From the sequence record OK428535.1: a stretch of DNA of 64,000 nt, one strand, 5' to 3'. The number at the start of each line of letters is the position of its first letter. Position 1 is the first letter of the stretch. The notes beneath the pieces were generated by a model, which saw only the letters and a list, made by a program, of their open reading frames with translations, did no database searches and was not told where the DNA came from. Made by a program: the position numbers and the translations under genes. Source of the DNA: Escherichia phage vB_EcoM_Lh1B. Of this stretch, positions 37,683 through 46,358 are shown one piece after another.

Positions 37683-38066
37683 ATGCGTGGACTTATGGGT
37701 ATTATCGCGGCGGTGTTCTTGACCGCTTCTGCTTCAGCTACAACCAGCGTAGAAGATTTACTGCCAGGCACACCGTATCAGTACAACCCGCCTTCATTCG
37801 AAGTCTGTACTGGCGACAATGGCAGATGTGAAGAAGTCAGCCGTCACGACGAGTATATCCTGGTCCACGCAAAGGGCGAGGAAACTTGTCCGGCTGGTTA
37901 CTACTTCTTGTTGAACTCAAAGGCACAAGAGATTGTGCCGGTAGAGACAATAACGTGCGACCCGACGCTTCGCGCGTCGCTCGCTTACAATACGAAAACC
38001 AAACAACGCCTCCTGGTTATTGAACAGCAAGGGGTGGTGCGTGGTTCAGTAGCGCTCGACCAGTAA
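37683..38066 (+). CDS. secreted Cys-containing protein (paralog family member C)
   Basis: Signal peptide MRGLMGIIAAVFLTASASA; similar Cys spacing (C.GDNGRC...C). Confidence 0.6.
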   Translation: MRGLMGIIAAVFLTASASATTSVEDLLPGTPYQYNPPSFEVCTGDNGRCEEVSRHDEYILVHAKGEETCPAGYYFLLNSKAQEIVPVETITCDPTLRASLAYNTKTKQRLLVIEQQGVVRGSVALDQ

Positions 38067-38076
38067 CCGAAAAGTT

Positions 38077-38100
38077 TTCAGACAGATGTTATAACGTGAG
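38077..38100 (+). promoter_or_regulatory. recurring intergenic motif (candidate promoter element)
   Basis: TTCAGACAGATGTTATAACGTGAG; variant of the CTCAGA-YAGATATTATCTA motif. Confidence 0.25.
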
Positions 38101-38120
38101 ATGACGACCCATCTCACTTT

Positions 38121-38166
38121 GGCCCTGCGGTGATTTCCCCAACACTTAGCCGCAGGGTCCTTTTTA
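38121..38166 (+). terminator. stem-loop / terminator
   Basis: GGCCCTGCGG ... CCGCAGGGTCC inverted repeat with 19-nt loop followed by TTTTT. Confidence 0.45.
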
Positions 38167-38195
38167 ATCGACTATTACTCGTAAGGATTAAGCAA

Positions 38196-38696
38196 ATGAA
38201 CATGAACATTCTCGACGATACCCGTTCTTCTTTCTTTACTCAGATGAACGTCAATCCCGAACGTACCCNTGCCATTCTTTCCACTGGCTGGAAGTTAAAG
38301 CTGTTAGGCGAGTTAACCCTAAACCGCACCGACTGGCCAGAAGAAGCGACCGTATTGATTAACAGCATTCACAGCGAGTGGCTAGATGCTGCGTTGAATG
38401 CCCCACAACTACGTCCGTACTATCGGATGCTTCATGCGGGTTATGAAGTATACCGCAAAGGTTGGTACGCTGCAGCCACTTATTGCAAAACCCCTGAAGG
38501 TCGTGAAGACAACACTGTCGACCACGTATTAGTAAACAATTTCTGGGGCGACCAAATCGAAGTCTTACAACTTTCCACCGGNGACCGTATTCCGGCCTGT
38601 GAGTTATTCGAAACTAACGCACAAATGTACGAACCATATGCAATGATTCGTGGCCGTAAGGTCCCAATCATTTCCCTTATGCATATGGGGCTGTAA
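38196..38696 (+). CDS. hypothetical protein
   Basis: ATG at 38196 with AAGGA RBS (track start 38130 lies inside the upstream stem-loop). Confidence 0.5.
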   Translation: MNMNILDDTRSSFFTQMNVNPERTXAILSTGWKLKLLGELTLNRTDWPEEATVLINSIHSEWLDAALNAPQLRPYYRMLHAGYEVYRKGWYAAATYCKTPEGREDNTVDHVLVNNFWGDQIEVLQLSTXDRIPACELFETNAQMYEPYAMIRGRKVPIISLMHMGL

Positions 38697-38704
38697 ATAC
38701 GAGA

Positions 38705-38733
38705 GGTAGCCCGTAGGCTACCTTCTTTTTTTG
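38705..38733 (+). terminator. rho-independent terminator
   Basis: GGTAGCC-cgta-GGCTACC hairpin followed by TTCTTTTTTT. Confidence 0.55.
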
Positions 38734-38750
38734 TTGAAGAAGGATTAAAC

Positions 38751-39377
38751 ATGAACGAGATTACCCTGATTCGTTTCATCGACGACATGGTGACGTGTCA
38801 GAAAGCGAATCGTCAGGATACCAAACTGCGTATCAATCTGATGGAAGAAGAGGTAGAAGGGTTTCTGGAATACCCGCGATTGGTGAAGTGGTTTAAAGAA
38901 GCGCTGCCGCGTAGCTGGGAACAGCTAGAAGCGTGGTTTGCTCTACCTATTGCAGAACGTAATCCCAATAATACGATCTTCACCGGAACTACTGCATTAG
39001 ATTTGGCTGGTTCGGTGGAGCAACCTAAACGTTTAGTTTTCTTCTACGTCAATGGCGATTCAATAATGGCTGATACAGTTAACTGGATTTCCGATGAGTT
39101 AACTGTAAACACCACTTTGGTCGGTAGCGCTGCTGATGCCTGGGTTGTTGGTCAGCACCAATCGCAACCGTACGAAGAAATCAAAACCGGTTATTTAATC
39201 CCGATATATCTCGACGGCGTGGCACCGGGTCGCAGCGCAGAACTGTTCAAATTCCTGCTTACTGAAACGTTAAAGGTTGTCGATTCTGATGCCGGGCGTG
39301 CGTGGTATGAATTAACCAAAGAGCGCACCGATAGTTTTTGGGAATCACTCGGACACCGTAAGTTTATTCCGCAATAA
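38751..39377 (+). CDS. hypothetical protein
   Basis: 208-aa ORF with AAGGA RBS. Confidence 0.55.
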   Translation: MNEITLIRFIDDMVTCQKANRQDTKLRINLMEEEVEGFLEYPRLVKWFKEALPRSWEQLEAWFALPIAERNPNNTIFTGTTALDLAGSVEQPKRLVFFYVNGDSIMADTVNWISDELTVNTTLVGSAADAWVVGQHQSQPYEEIKTGYLIPIYLDGVAPGRSAELFKFLLTETLKVVDSDAGRAWYELTKERTDSFWESLGHRKFIPQ

Positions 39378-39387
39378 CTCTCCTCTC

Positions 39388-39420
39388 TGGAACCCTTCGG
39401 GGTTCCATTTNTTCTTTTTT
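39388..39420 (+). terminator. rho-independent terminator
   Basis: TGGAACCC-ttcg-GGGTTCCA hairpin followed by a T-run. Confidence 0.55.
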
Positions 39421-39473
39421 ACGCATGACCTTTTGGATATGAACNNCTAATNCTTTCTCATTANAAGGCAAAC

Positions 39474-41984
39474 ATGCACAAGGTCGAACGTATCATTTTN
39501 AAAGNNTTTACCGGCATGGGGTTACATGAAANNNAAANNTTTGATTTCACCCTTAANTCAACCGTTACCANCATCCTCGGTGGCAACGGCTGCGGTAAAA
39601 CAAGCCTCCTGTCTGTTTTTCTCCCCTTAGCTCCAGCAAAATCAGAATTCCGTGAAGGTGGTTCCTACACTAACTACGCGTTAGTTGGGGACGACCGTCT
39701 TAAGTTTGAAGTCCTGCGTCGTGGCTCTTCTCTGTCTTGTAGTATTTTCAATATCACTAAAGGTGTCTCCATCGTAGACTCGGTAAACGCCAAAGTTTAC
39801 AACTCCATGGTGGAGCAATTAACCGGAATCACCAAAGAAATCAAAGAGTTAATTAATGGTGAGACCTTATTAACTGACGCCACTACCGAAGTTCGTCGTA
39901 AATGGTTTACGTTAATGTCAGAATCTGATCTGACGTACGTTGTTGGTTGCTATCGACGTTTGCGTAAACTCGCTTCCAGTTTAAGTGGGGCCATTGAGCA
40001 CACCGGCCGTAAAATCGGTGAGGCAAAAATGCGCGTGGTGGACGATGAAGAAGATCGTGCACGTTTAGAAGTTCGTTTGAAAGAACTCGATGCTGAGCTT
40101 CAGGAATTAAACCGCACAATTGAAGCGAGACCCGGTTTAGATAACGCCGTTTCGGTTGATAGTATCCGGAAACGCATTGCTTCGTTGCAACCGGCTGTAA
40201 AACTCATTATGGAACGTTATGGCGTTCTGCCTTCTGACGAACTGATTAACGAGTTTCAAAGTCGTGTGGTTGCCTGGCGTGAGCAAGCTGCCTCTGCTGA
40301 AACTGAATGCAACATGTACAATAAAGAGTTGTCACAGCTACTGGATGAGGAGTCGCGTCAAGCGTATCTGATGCGCAACCATACCGGTCTAAAACAAACA
40401 ATCGACAGCTTAAAACAGGAACTGGCAACGTTCCAACAGAACTGGATGTTCCCGGCTCTGTTTGAAGGTACCCGCATTGATGTGGATAGCATTCAGAACG
40501 CGTTAAACGATGCCTGTAACTGGAATTTACCGTTGTCCATGCATCTGGACCAGTTAAAGACAACAGATCGCCTGGGAGCGTTAGAGAAGCGTTTACAGGG
40601 TATGGATTTAACCTCTGCGGGTCTATCTGAAAAGCTGCAACGTTGTGAGAATGTGCTACACGGTTTATACCACGACCGTCAACACTTCTTAGAAACTGCA
40701 GAAGTTGATTGTCCACAGTGTAACCACCGTTTCCGTCCTGGGATTCGTAAGTCGTTACCTGAAATTGAAAAGGCCATCAACGATAATGAAGGTTGGAAGA
40801 AGCAGCTGAAAGACGAAATGGATAGTCTTTTGCGTGACCGCAAAGAGATTGAAGAGGACGTCCGTAGCTTACGTACGATTCGCGAAATCGTCATGTCGTA
40901 TTCCAACCATCCTGTTGTCGGTTTGTTTTTCCGTAAACTGCAGGAGCTGGATATCTTCACCACGGCGCGGGATCGTTACGGTGCCATTGCACGTGCCTTT
41001 ACTGAAGAGCTAGATTCGGCCATGATGTATCTGCGTCAATCGGCGAAGCTTGCAACAGCGGAACGGGAATGGCAAGAGGCTGTTGCCGCAGTAGGTAACG
41101 TTGATGGTGCGCTGAGCCAGAAAATTGAACATATCCGTTCACAACTGGACGGGGCTAACCGTCGACTGATAGAATACCGCAGACAAGCCAATGAGCTGGA
41201 ACGCGAAACCACCCAACTGCAACAAACCAAAGAAGCAATCGAACGTTTCCAAAAAGGCTACGAACATCTGGTATCGGAAATGAACATCTCCGTTAACAAC
41301 GTCGTGGTTCGTGAGTTGTTAAACCGACGCGAAGCGAAGCTCGATGCGTATACTTCAGCTCGTGAACGGTTTCGTCAAATGGAAGGGGCTATTGCACGTT
41401 TAGCGGAATTGGAAAAAGAGCAAGCTGAGTTGCTCAAAGAACACCATCNNGNCNGATTGATTATCAATGCCGTCTCACCCGAAAAAGGATTATTGCGTCG
41501 TTACTTTTATGCTGCGATTACCCGCATCATGGATTTAATGAATCGGTATATCGAAATGGTGTGGGCATATCCGATGCAGGTTATTCCATGCGATCTAACC
41601 GACGGGGATTTGGATTATACTTTCCCGGTGCGATTAAAAGACCATGAAGAACTGGTGCCGGATGTGAAGAAAGGTTCGAAGGCACAGCGTATTATCTTTA
41701 ACATGATGTTTCGTTTAACGGCGTATAAAGCGCTTGGTTTACAAAACTATCCTTTGTTNTTNGATNAANCCNCNNAAGGCATGGATGAANAACANAAAAA
41801 NCGCCTGGTCAACTTCTTTAAATCGTTGGNGTTGTTGGGGGAGTTTTCTNAANTGCTGGTCGTTTCGCATGAAGCGGAAGTTCATTCTAAACTTAACGAA
41901 GCCACCTACTGTGTCGTGGAGCCAGAAGGTGTAACGCTTCCACCGGTTTATAACGAAGGGGTAATAATCAAATATGCATCATAA
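39474..41984 (+). CDS. SbcC/Rad50-like recombination ATPase
   Basis: N-terminal Walker A ILGGNGCGKTSLL; very long central coiled coil with central CPQC zinc-hook-like motif; C-terminal Walker B/D-loop (..GMDE..) and LVVSHEAEV H-loop. Confidence 0.75.
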   Translation: MHKVERIIXKXFTGMGLHEXXXFDFTLXSTVTXILGGNGCGKTSLLSVFLPLAPAKSEFREGGSYTNYALVGDDRLKFEVLRRGSSLSCSIFNITKGVSIVDSVNAKVYNSMVEQLTGITKEIKELINGETLLTDATTEVRRKWFTLMSESDLTYVVGCYRRLRKLASSLSGAIEHTGRKIGEAKMRVVDDEEDRARLEVRLKELDAELQELNRTIEARPGLDNAVSVDSIRKRIASLQPAVKLIMERYGVLPSDELINEFQSRVVAWREQAASAETECNMYNKELSQLLDEESRQAYLMRNHTGLKQTIDSLKQELATFQQNWMFPALFEGTRIDVDSIQNALNDACNWNLPLSMHLDQLKTTDRLGALEKRLQGMDLTSAGLSEKLQRCENVLHGLYHDRQHFLETAEVDCPQCNHRFRPGIRKSLPEIEKAINDNEGWKKQLKDEMDSLLRDRKEIEEDVRSLRTIREIVMSYSNHPVVGLFFRKLQELDIFTTARDRYGAIARAFTEELDSAMMYLRQSAKLATAEREWQEAVAAVGNVDGALSQKIEHIRSQLDGANRRLIEYRRQANELERETTQLQQTKEAIERFQKGYEHLVSEMNISVNNVVVRELLNRREAKLDAYTSARERFRQMEGAIARLAELEKEQAELLKEHHXXXLIINAVSPEKGLLRRYFYAAITRIMDLMNRYIEMVWAYPMQVIPCDLTDGDLDYTFPVRLKDHEELVPDVKKGSKAQRIIFNMMFRLTAYKALGLQNYPLXXDXXXXGMDEXXKXRLVNFFKSLXLLGEFSXXLVVSHEAEVHSKLNEATYCVVEPEGVTLPPVYNEGVIIKYAS

Positions 41985-42165
41985 AGGTTGGCGCTTATGG
42001 GCTTGGTGGGGTTTCCAGTTCCTTCAGTTTGTTGTGATGGTACTGTACCTCTCCTTTTGTGCAACCGTAGTGGTTATCGCTGCGGTCGTTTATTTAGCTG
42101 CTGCTCTTAAAGAACGTCTGTTCGACACGCGTTGTGAGTGGCGAGATATGGGGGAACGGACATGA
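41974..42165 (+). CDS. small membrane protein (63 aa)
   Basis: One long hydrophobic segment FVVMVLYLSFCATVVVIAAVVYLAAAL; overlaps the SbcC-like stop. Confidence 0.4.
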   Translation: MHHKGWRLWAWWGFQFLQFVVMVLYLSFCATVVVIAAVVYLAAALKERLFDTRCEWRDMGERT

Positions 42166-42266
42166 TTGAAGGTATCGTATTAACCGGTATTGCACTGTGG
42201 TTGATTCGTGGTGCCTGGGGTTGGATTATCCGCACGAAAGGATGGGCGTTCCATGGCAACACGTAA
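42162..42266 (+). CDS. tiny TM peptide (34 aa)
   Basis: ATGA overlap with the upstream stop; MIEGIVLTGIALWLIRGAWGWIIRTKGWAFHGNT. Confidence 0.3.
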   Translation: MIEGIVLTGIALWLIRGAWGWIIRTKGWAFHGNT

Positions 42267-42444
42267 ACCACGTCGCTTAAAATCTTGGGNGGTTGTGGTA
42301 ATGCACACTGTAGTGTTGCTGGGTNTTTTCTTGTCTCGTGCCACNCCTGCCTTTTGGGGCTTAGTTGTTTTGGTGTTCTTAGAAGGGGTTTACTTCGGTA
42401 ATCTGTGGAGCAAGCCCCCCGNGTTTAAGGGACCCGGCTTATGA
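42253..42444 (+). CDS. small membrane protein (about 63 aa)
   Basis: ATG at 42253; two hydrophobic stretches (VVVMHTVVLLG, FWGLVVLVFLEGV); contains n. Confidence 0.35.
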   Translation: MATRKPRRLKSWXVVVMHTVVLLGXFLSRAXPAFWGLVVLVFLEGVYFGNLWSKPPXFKGPGL

Positions 42445-42572
42445 CAGTCGTGAATAGTGTCAACGCGGCGATGATTGNAACGGGTGCGTATGACGGTGCC
42501 ACATGGACAGATGTTGGTATCACGCTTATCATTTGCGCAATCGGAGCGTTTGTAGCAACATGGTTATTTTAG
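42441..42572 (+). CDS. tiny TM peptide (43 aa)
   Basis: ATGA overlap; C-terminal hydrophobic helix VGITLIICAIGAFVATWLF. Confidence 0.3.
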   Translation: MTVVNSVNAAMIXTGAYDGATWTDVGITLIICAIGAFVATWLF

Positions 42573-43018
42573 TGAAATGGGTTGGGTGTATCGTCTGTAG
42601 CCTGATACTAGGAGCGGGCGCATACGCCCTAGGCGCAATCCTTGCATTGACGCAAGGTTGGTTTTAACAGGAGGGTAATTACGAAGTGGGAGAAGTATCA
42701 TGTAACAGTGAAACAGTCTCTGATCCCGTGGTCGTGGGTTCAGGGGCGGCCGAGCCAACCCGGCGTATCGTTCTTTCGAGCGCGGGGATGGCTATAGGGT
42801 CTTCAAAGAACCTTCTAGCAGACATCGCGGAAGTCTGCGGGCCGGATGATTTTGCAGTTTCACGTACAGTCGGGGAAGACTGGCGTGGTAATCAGAAGCG
42901 CCATGAGCGAATGTGGCGACGGAAGGTTACCTCAGCATCGCGACGTTTTCAACGTCGTTGCTGATTATAGACACGGTTCCGATAGAGAACTGGTCTTCAC
43001 CTCTGGCGGTATACACCG

Positions 43019-43042
43019 CTTAAGTTTACCGGTAAACTTAAG
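43019..43042. promoter_or_regulatory. perfect 24-bp palindrome (candidate operator / protein-binding site)
   Basis: CTTAAGTTTACCGGTAAACTTAAG equals its own reverse complement; adjacent smaller inverted repeat GCGGT-ata-ACCGC at 43005-43018. Confidence 0.35.
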
Positions 43043-43110
43043 AAAACACAAACCCAATTCTTCGTTACTCNCTTTCATCGCAGGTGAAAGCTCACTTAGG
43101 AATTCAGCTC

Positions 43111-43599
43111 ATGGCCGAAATTGTCATTCTTTCCTCATCCTCAGATTTAACGGAAGCACAAAATAAACAGCTGTTGGGGCTGCATTATAAATTTCTGAAC
43201 CACCAACGTACCATACTCCATATCGAAAAAGGTGAGATTCCGAACCTCACTCTGGAGAAACTGTTGGCGGGGAACCGTGCTTGTGTTGCTCTGGAAGGGG
43301 GTACCCCTGTTGGTTACTGTTTGTATCGCGTAATCGCTGGGGTTCTGAAGATTCGTACGATGTTCGTGTCTGAAATGGCACGCCGTCGTAAAACGATGAC
43401 GCAGATTTTTGATGCGCTTGATGTGAATGNGCAGTTCACCAGTGCGCATGGGGGAATATACGCTTGCCAGGAAGCTGGTATTGCGTTCTTTACCNCTCGC
43501 GGTTTTGACAAGACCGTCTCTACAGACGGACAATGGCTTGAATTTAAGAAGCAGGTTCTTGCGGAAGCAGATGAACCTTTAAGGACTGCGGTAGCATAG
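43111..43599 (+). CDS. hypothetical protein
   Basis: ATG at 43111 with AGGAA RBS; 162 aa. Confidence 0.5.
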   Translation: MAEIVILSSSSDLTEAQNKQLLGLHYKFLNHQRTILHIEKGEIPNLTLEKLLAGNRACVALEGGTPVGYCLYRVIAGVLKIRTMFVSEMARRRKTMTQIFDALDVNXQFTSAHGGIYACQEAGIAFFTXRGFDKTVSTDGQWLEFKKQVLAEADEPLRTAVA

Positions 43600-43634
43600 T
43601 CCTGTTTTAGCACTCCTTACGATTATGCCTCACT

Positions 43635-43880
43635 ATGAGTGGGGTATTTTTTACGCGAGGAGTGCTATTTATGTTTCACCGTCCCGGGTTTTCAGCTTTA
43701 AACACCGATGTCTGTTGGGCTGAGTACGAGCGGGTGAAGGAGTTCTTACCCGTAAATCCTAAACACATCAACGTGGGTACTATCGGGCGTGTTGCGTTCG
43801 ATGACACTCCGCTGAGTACGTGTATTAAAGCTGCGCTTGGTACGCTGCCGGCGTCTATAGTGTTTGAGGAATTAAAATGA
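43635..43880 (+). CDS. hypothetical small protein
   Basis: 81-aa ORF ending with an ATGA overlap into the next gene. Confidence 0.4.
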   Translation: MSGVFFTRGVLFMFHRPGFSALNTDVCWAEYERVKEFLPVNPKHINVGTIGRVAFDDTPLSTCIKAALGTLPASIVFEELK

Positions 43881-44395
43881 CGGACATTCGTGTTGACATA
43901 TATGGGGAAATTCATACCACGGCCGATCGTAATCGTGTTGAATGGGCTATCATCGATAACCATCGGAAAAAACCATACGATTTTTTACTGTGTGAAGAAC
44001 TGGGGCCGTATGAACATCACACTGCAAAAGCGCAAGATAAGGCATTAAAGGAGAAGATGTACTCTATTGGACCCATGGGGCTGGAGTTGGCTAAGAAACT
44101 CGGCATCCCTGCTATTGGGATCGATGACTGGAGCGACGCAACCTACGCTAAAGATATCAAGGATAAAAAGGGAATGGCTGTAAACTTTAGCCGTTCTTTT
44201 TATATTNGTGAAACTAAAATGGTTGCAAAAATTAAAAAGTATATGGCAAAAGGGCGTTGTGCTGTTATGCTTGGCGACTCACACTTGCGCACCACGAAAA
44301 CTAAAGAGCTTGGTGATGCGTCCCTTATCTGGGAAACGTTTAAGGATAATCCTGAAGTGAAGTTTCACAGGAGCCCTAAACGCGAGATTGATTAA
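43877..44395 (+). CDS. hypothetical protein
   Basis: 172-aa ORF. Confidence 0.55.
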   Translation: MTDIRVDIYGEIHTTADRNRVEWAIIDNHRKKPYDFLLCEELGPYEHHTAKAQDKALKEKMYSIGPMGLELAKKLGIPAIGIDDWSDATYAKDIKDKKGMAVNFSRSFYIXETKMVAKIKKYMAKGRCAVMLGDSHLRTTKTKELGDASLIWETFKDNPEVKFHRSPKREID

Positions 44396-44413
44396 ATCTA
44401 AAGGAGCATTAAA

Positions 44414-44836
44414 ATGGTTACCGCTATTCGCGAAACAAAATCACTATACGATCATTTATCAGAAGAAGAAACAGCCTTATTCTACGACCTGTTACCTGAA
44501 ACCAAAGCAAATGTTCAGTGGTGGTTACGTTTAGCGCTACGTGATAAAGTTGGGGAAACGCCGGTTAGTATTCTCGCACACACGTTGGACATGACACCCA
44601 TGATTGAAATCGCGATTACCCGCCCTAAATTCTGGCGACCTGGTATGGTGCGTGAGGCGTATCTACTCCAACGCTTAGGTGTTGACCCGGAGAAGTGTTG
44701 GCGTAAGATGGACGACCATCGCTACCGTGAAGAAATTACGAATAGCCTCAACACTATGTTGGCAATGAAACGACTCGGTATCGAANACGAAGGTTTCGAG
44801 TCTGCGGTGCAAGCGTGGGTGAGAAGGAATAGCTAA
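44414..44836 (+). CDS. hypothetical protein
   Basis: 140-aa ORF with AAGGAG RBS. Confidence 0.55.
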   Translation: MVTAIRETKSLYDHLSEEETALFYDLLPETKANVQWWLRLALRDKVGETPVSILAHTLDMTPMIEIAITRPKFWRPGMVREAYLLQRLGVDPEKCWRKMDDHRYREEITNSLNTMLAMKRLGIEXEGFESAVQAWVRRNS

Positions 44837-45085
44837 ATGCAAAAAACAATCATCGGAATAATGGTTAGTTCTTTCTGTGGTTTCCCTACCCCGCAGACAG
44901 AACCCCAATATTTGGGCGCAGGCAAACCTGATCCGGAAGTCCGTAAGTTGCGCGAAGAAGCAAAAGCCAGAGTTCTTACTGAGCTGGAATCGTTGCTTCA
45001 GTCTCCGGTTATTTCACAATGGGGTATGGCAATAGATGTCACTCGAACTGATCGACGAGGCTATTATCTCCCACGACCTGTTTAA
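44837..45085 (+). CDS. hypothetical small protein (overlaps next gene by 50 nt)
   Basis: 82-aa ORF with AGGAA RBS. Confidence 0.35.
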   Translation: MQKTIIGIMVSSFCGFPTPQTEPQYLGAGKPDPEVRKLREEAKARVLTELESLLQSPVISQWGMAIDVTRTDRRGYYLPRPV

Positions 45086-45536
45086 CGCGCCTGAGCGCTT
45101 CAAGGTCGTTACAGTTAACTGTGTTGGTGCAATGGGAAGGGGCATTGCCTTGGCGTGCCGAGAACGCTTCCCATCGCTTTATAATGACTATCGCCAGAAA
45201 TGTCGTAAAGAGCAAATCGTTATCGGTGAGGTCTATTGTTATCCTGAGGAAGGGGTAATACTCCTTCCTACTAAAACCCATTTTCGCTATAAATCGCAGA
45301 TTTACTATGTCACGTCCGGCATTGATGCGCTGGCGCGACTAGGGGAAGACTTAGAAGGAGGGATTGCGATACCNCCCCTAGGGATGGCTAACGGTTGGTT
45401 ACGTTACCATGAGCGATTGGAAATCTTTATACACTTACAGAAACGACTACAGCACACGGAGCAGACTTATCGATTCTATTTACCAGACACCCTGCTGAGG
45501 GAAGCAGAGAAAATCATCCCAAAAAGTTTCAAATAG
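45036..45536 (+). CDS. macrodomain protein, Macro_2/TARG1 (OARD1)-like; probable ADP-ribosyl hydrolase
   Basis: HDLFNAPE...VNCVGAMGRGIALACRERFP...IGEVYCY...LLPTK...PLGMANGW follows the TARG1 pattern GDLF.CP...C.....MGAGIA..F...F...GEV..L...K...IGCGLD (recalled from memory). Confidence 0.55.
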   Translation: MSLELIDEAIISHDLFNAPERFKVVTVNCVGAMGRGIALACRERFPSLYNDYRQKCRKEQIVIGEVYCYPEEGVILLPTKTHFRYKSQIYYVTSGIDALARLGEDLEGGIAIXPLGMANGWLRYHERLEIFIHLQKRLQHTEQTYRFYLPDTLLREAEKIIPKSFK

Positions 45537-45551
45537 ATATTATTATCAGGG
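45530..45551 (+). promoter_or_regulatory. recurring intergenic motif (candidate promoter element)
   Basis: CAAATAGATATTATTATCAGGG, overlapping the stop of the macrodomain gene. Confidence 0.25.
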
Positions 45552-45635
45552 CACATTACAAAGGAGCACAATGCCGTCCGCGCCGTCTTCCCGGATTGGG
45601 AACGGAAAAGTATAAATCCGTTTGGAGATACATCC

Positions 45636-46358
45636 ATGTTTCNCACCATTTTATTTCTTCTGGTAGCAGTGACCACATTCAACAGCAACGCTTCTTACCA
45701 GACCACCAGTAACAAACACCAAAAAGAATTCGTCCTTATCCAGGACCAGTTCAATGAGATTAAACCTCTCATCGTCACCGCATCTCGAAAACAAGGCGTA
45801 CATGCCGGGATGCTCGCGACCACCATTTATCGTGAATCCCGTTTTAATAAAAACGTGGGTAAGAATAAATCGAGCAGTGCTAGTAGTGTTGTCCAAATGA
45901 CGACAGGCACTAAACGCTCCATGATACGTCTGTATGGGAAACAACTTAACATCCCAAAGAATGCGGACCTTAATAAACCGAAGTATGCTGTACAGCTTGC
46001 TGCCGTTTACATGAAACACATCGAGGATCATCTGACAAAACAACTCAAACGCAAGCCGAGCACAGCCGAAATCGCTTTAGGCTATCGCTTCGGTGAGGGT
46101 GCCGCTGTTGCGATGATTAAAAAGAAATCACCGGTCGGGAAACGCTGGATGGCNNGCNACNGAAAAGACGCAGCATTCTACGGTGCGAAAATGACACCAC
46201 CGAAAGNTGAAANACNNCNGNTTNNNTTTGNGNAGGNAGNCCANGNCCAACGNGTCGCCGAACTTCAGAAAATCTGGGATACGCTGTACACCAAAATATC
46301 ACCTGCGGCCGGTACATTACTGGCAAATAACACTATCATGAAAGGAGCATTGCTATGA
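45636..46358 (+). CDS. SLT-domain lytic transglycosylase-like protein with N-terminal signal peptide
   Basis: Hydrophobic N-terminus; YRESRFNKNVG...SSASSVVQMTTGT...YAVQLAAVYMKH...ALGYRFGEG matches the ES / Q-M / AYN-G motif order of SLT domains; n-rich C-terminal part. Confidence 0.5.
   Translation: MFXTILFLLVAVTTFNSNASYQTTSNKHQKEFVLIQDQFNEIKPLIVTASRKQGVHAGMLATTIYRESRFNKNVGKNKSSSASSVVQMTTGTKRSMIRLYGKQLNIPKNADLNKPKYAVQLAAVYMKHIEDHLTKQLKRKPSTAEIALGYRFGEGAAVAMIKKKSPVGKRWMXXXXKDAAFYGAKMTPPKXEXXXXXFXXXXXXQXVAELQKIWDTLYTKISPAAGTLLANNTIMKGALL

Noticed and set aside
38751-39377. SbcD/Mre11 nuclease partner immediately upstream of the SbcC-like gene
   Set aside because: The 208-aa protein lacks metallophosphatase motifs (D.H, GD..D, GNH[DE]); not called.
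43111-43599. GNAT acetyltransferase assignment for the 162-aa protein
   Set aside because: Only a vague resemblance to the acetyl-CoA-binding beta-alpha motif; no Q/R-x-x-G-x-G/A signature identified.
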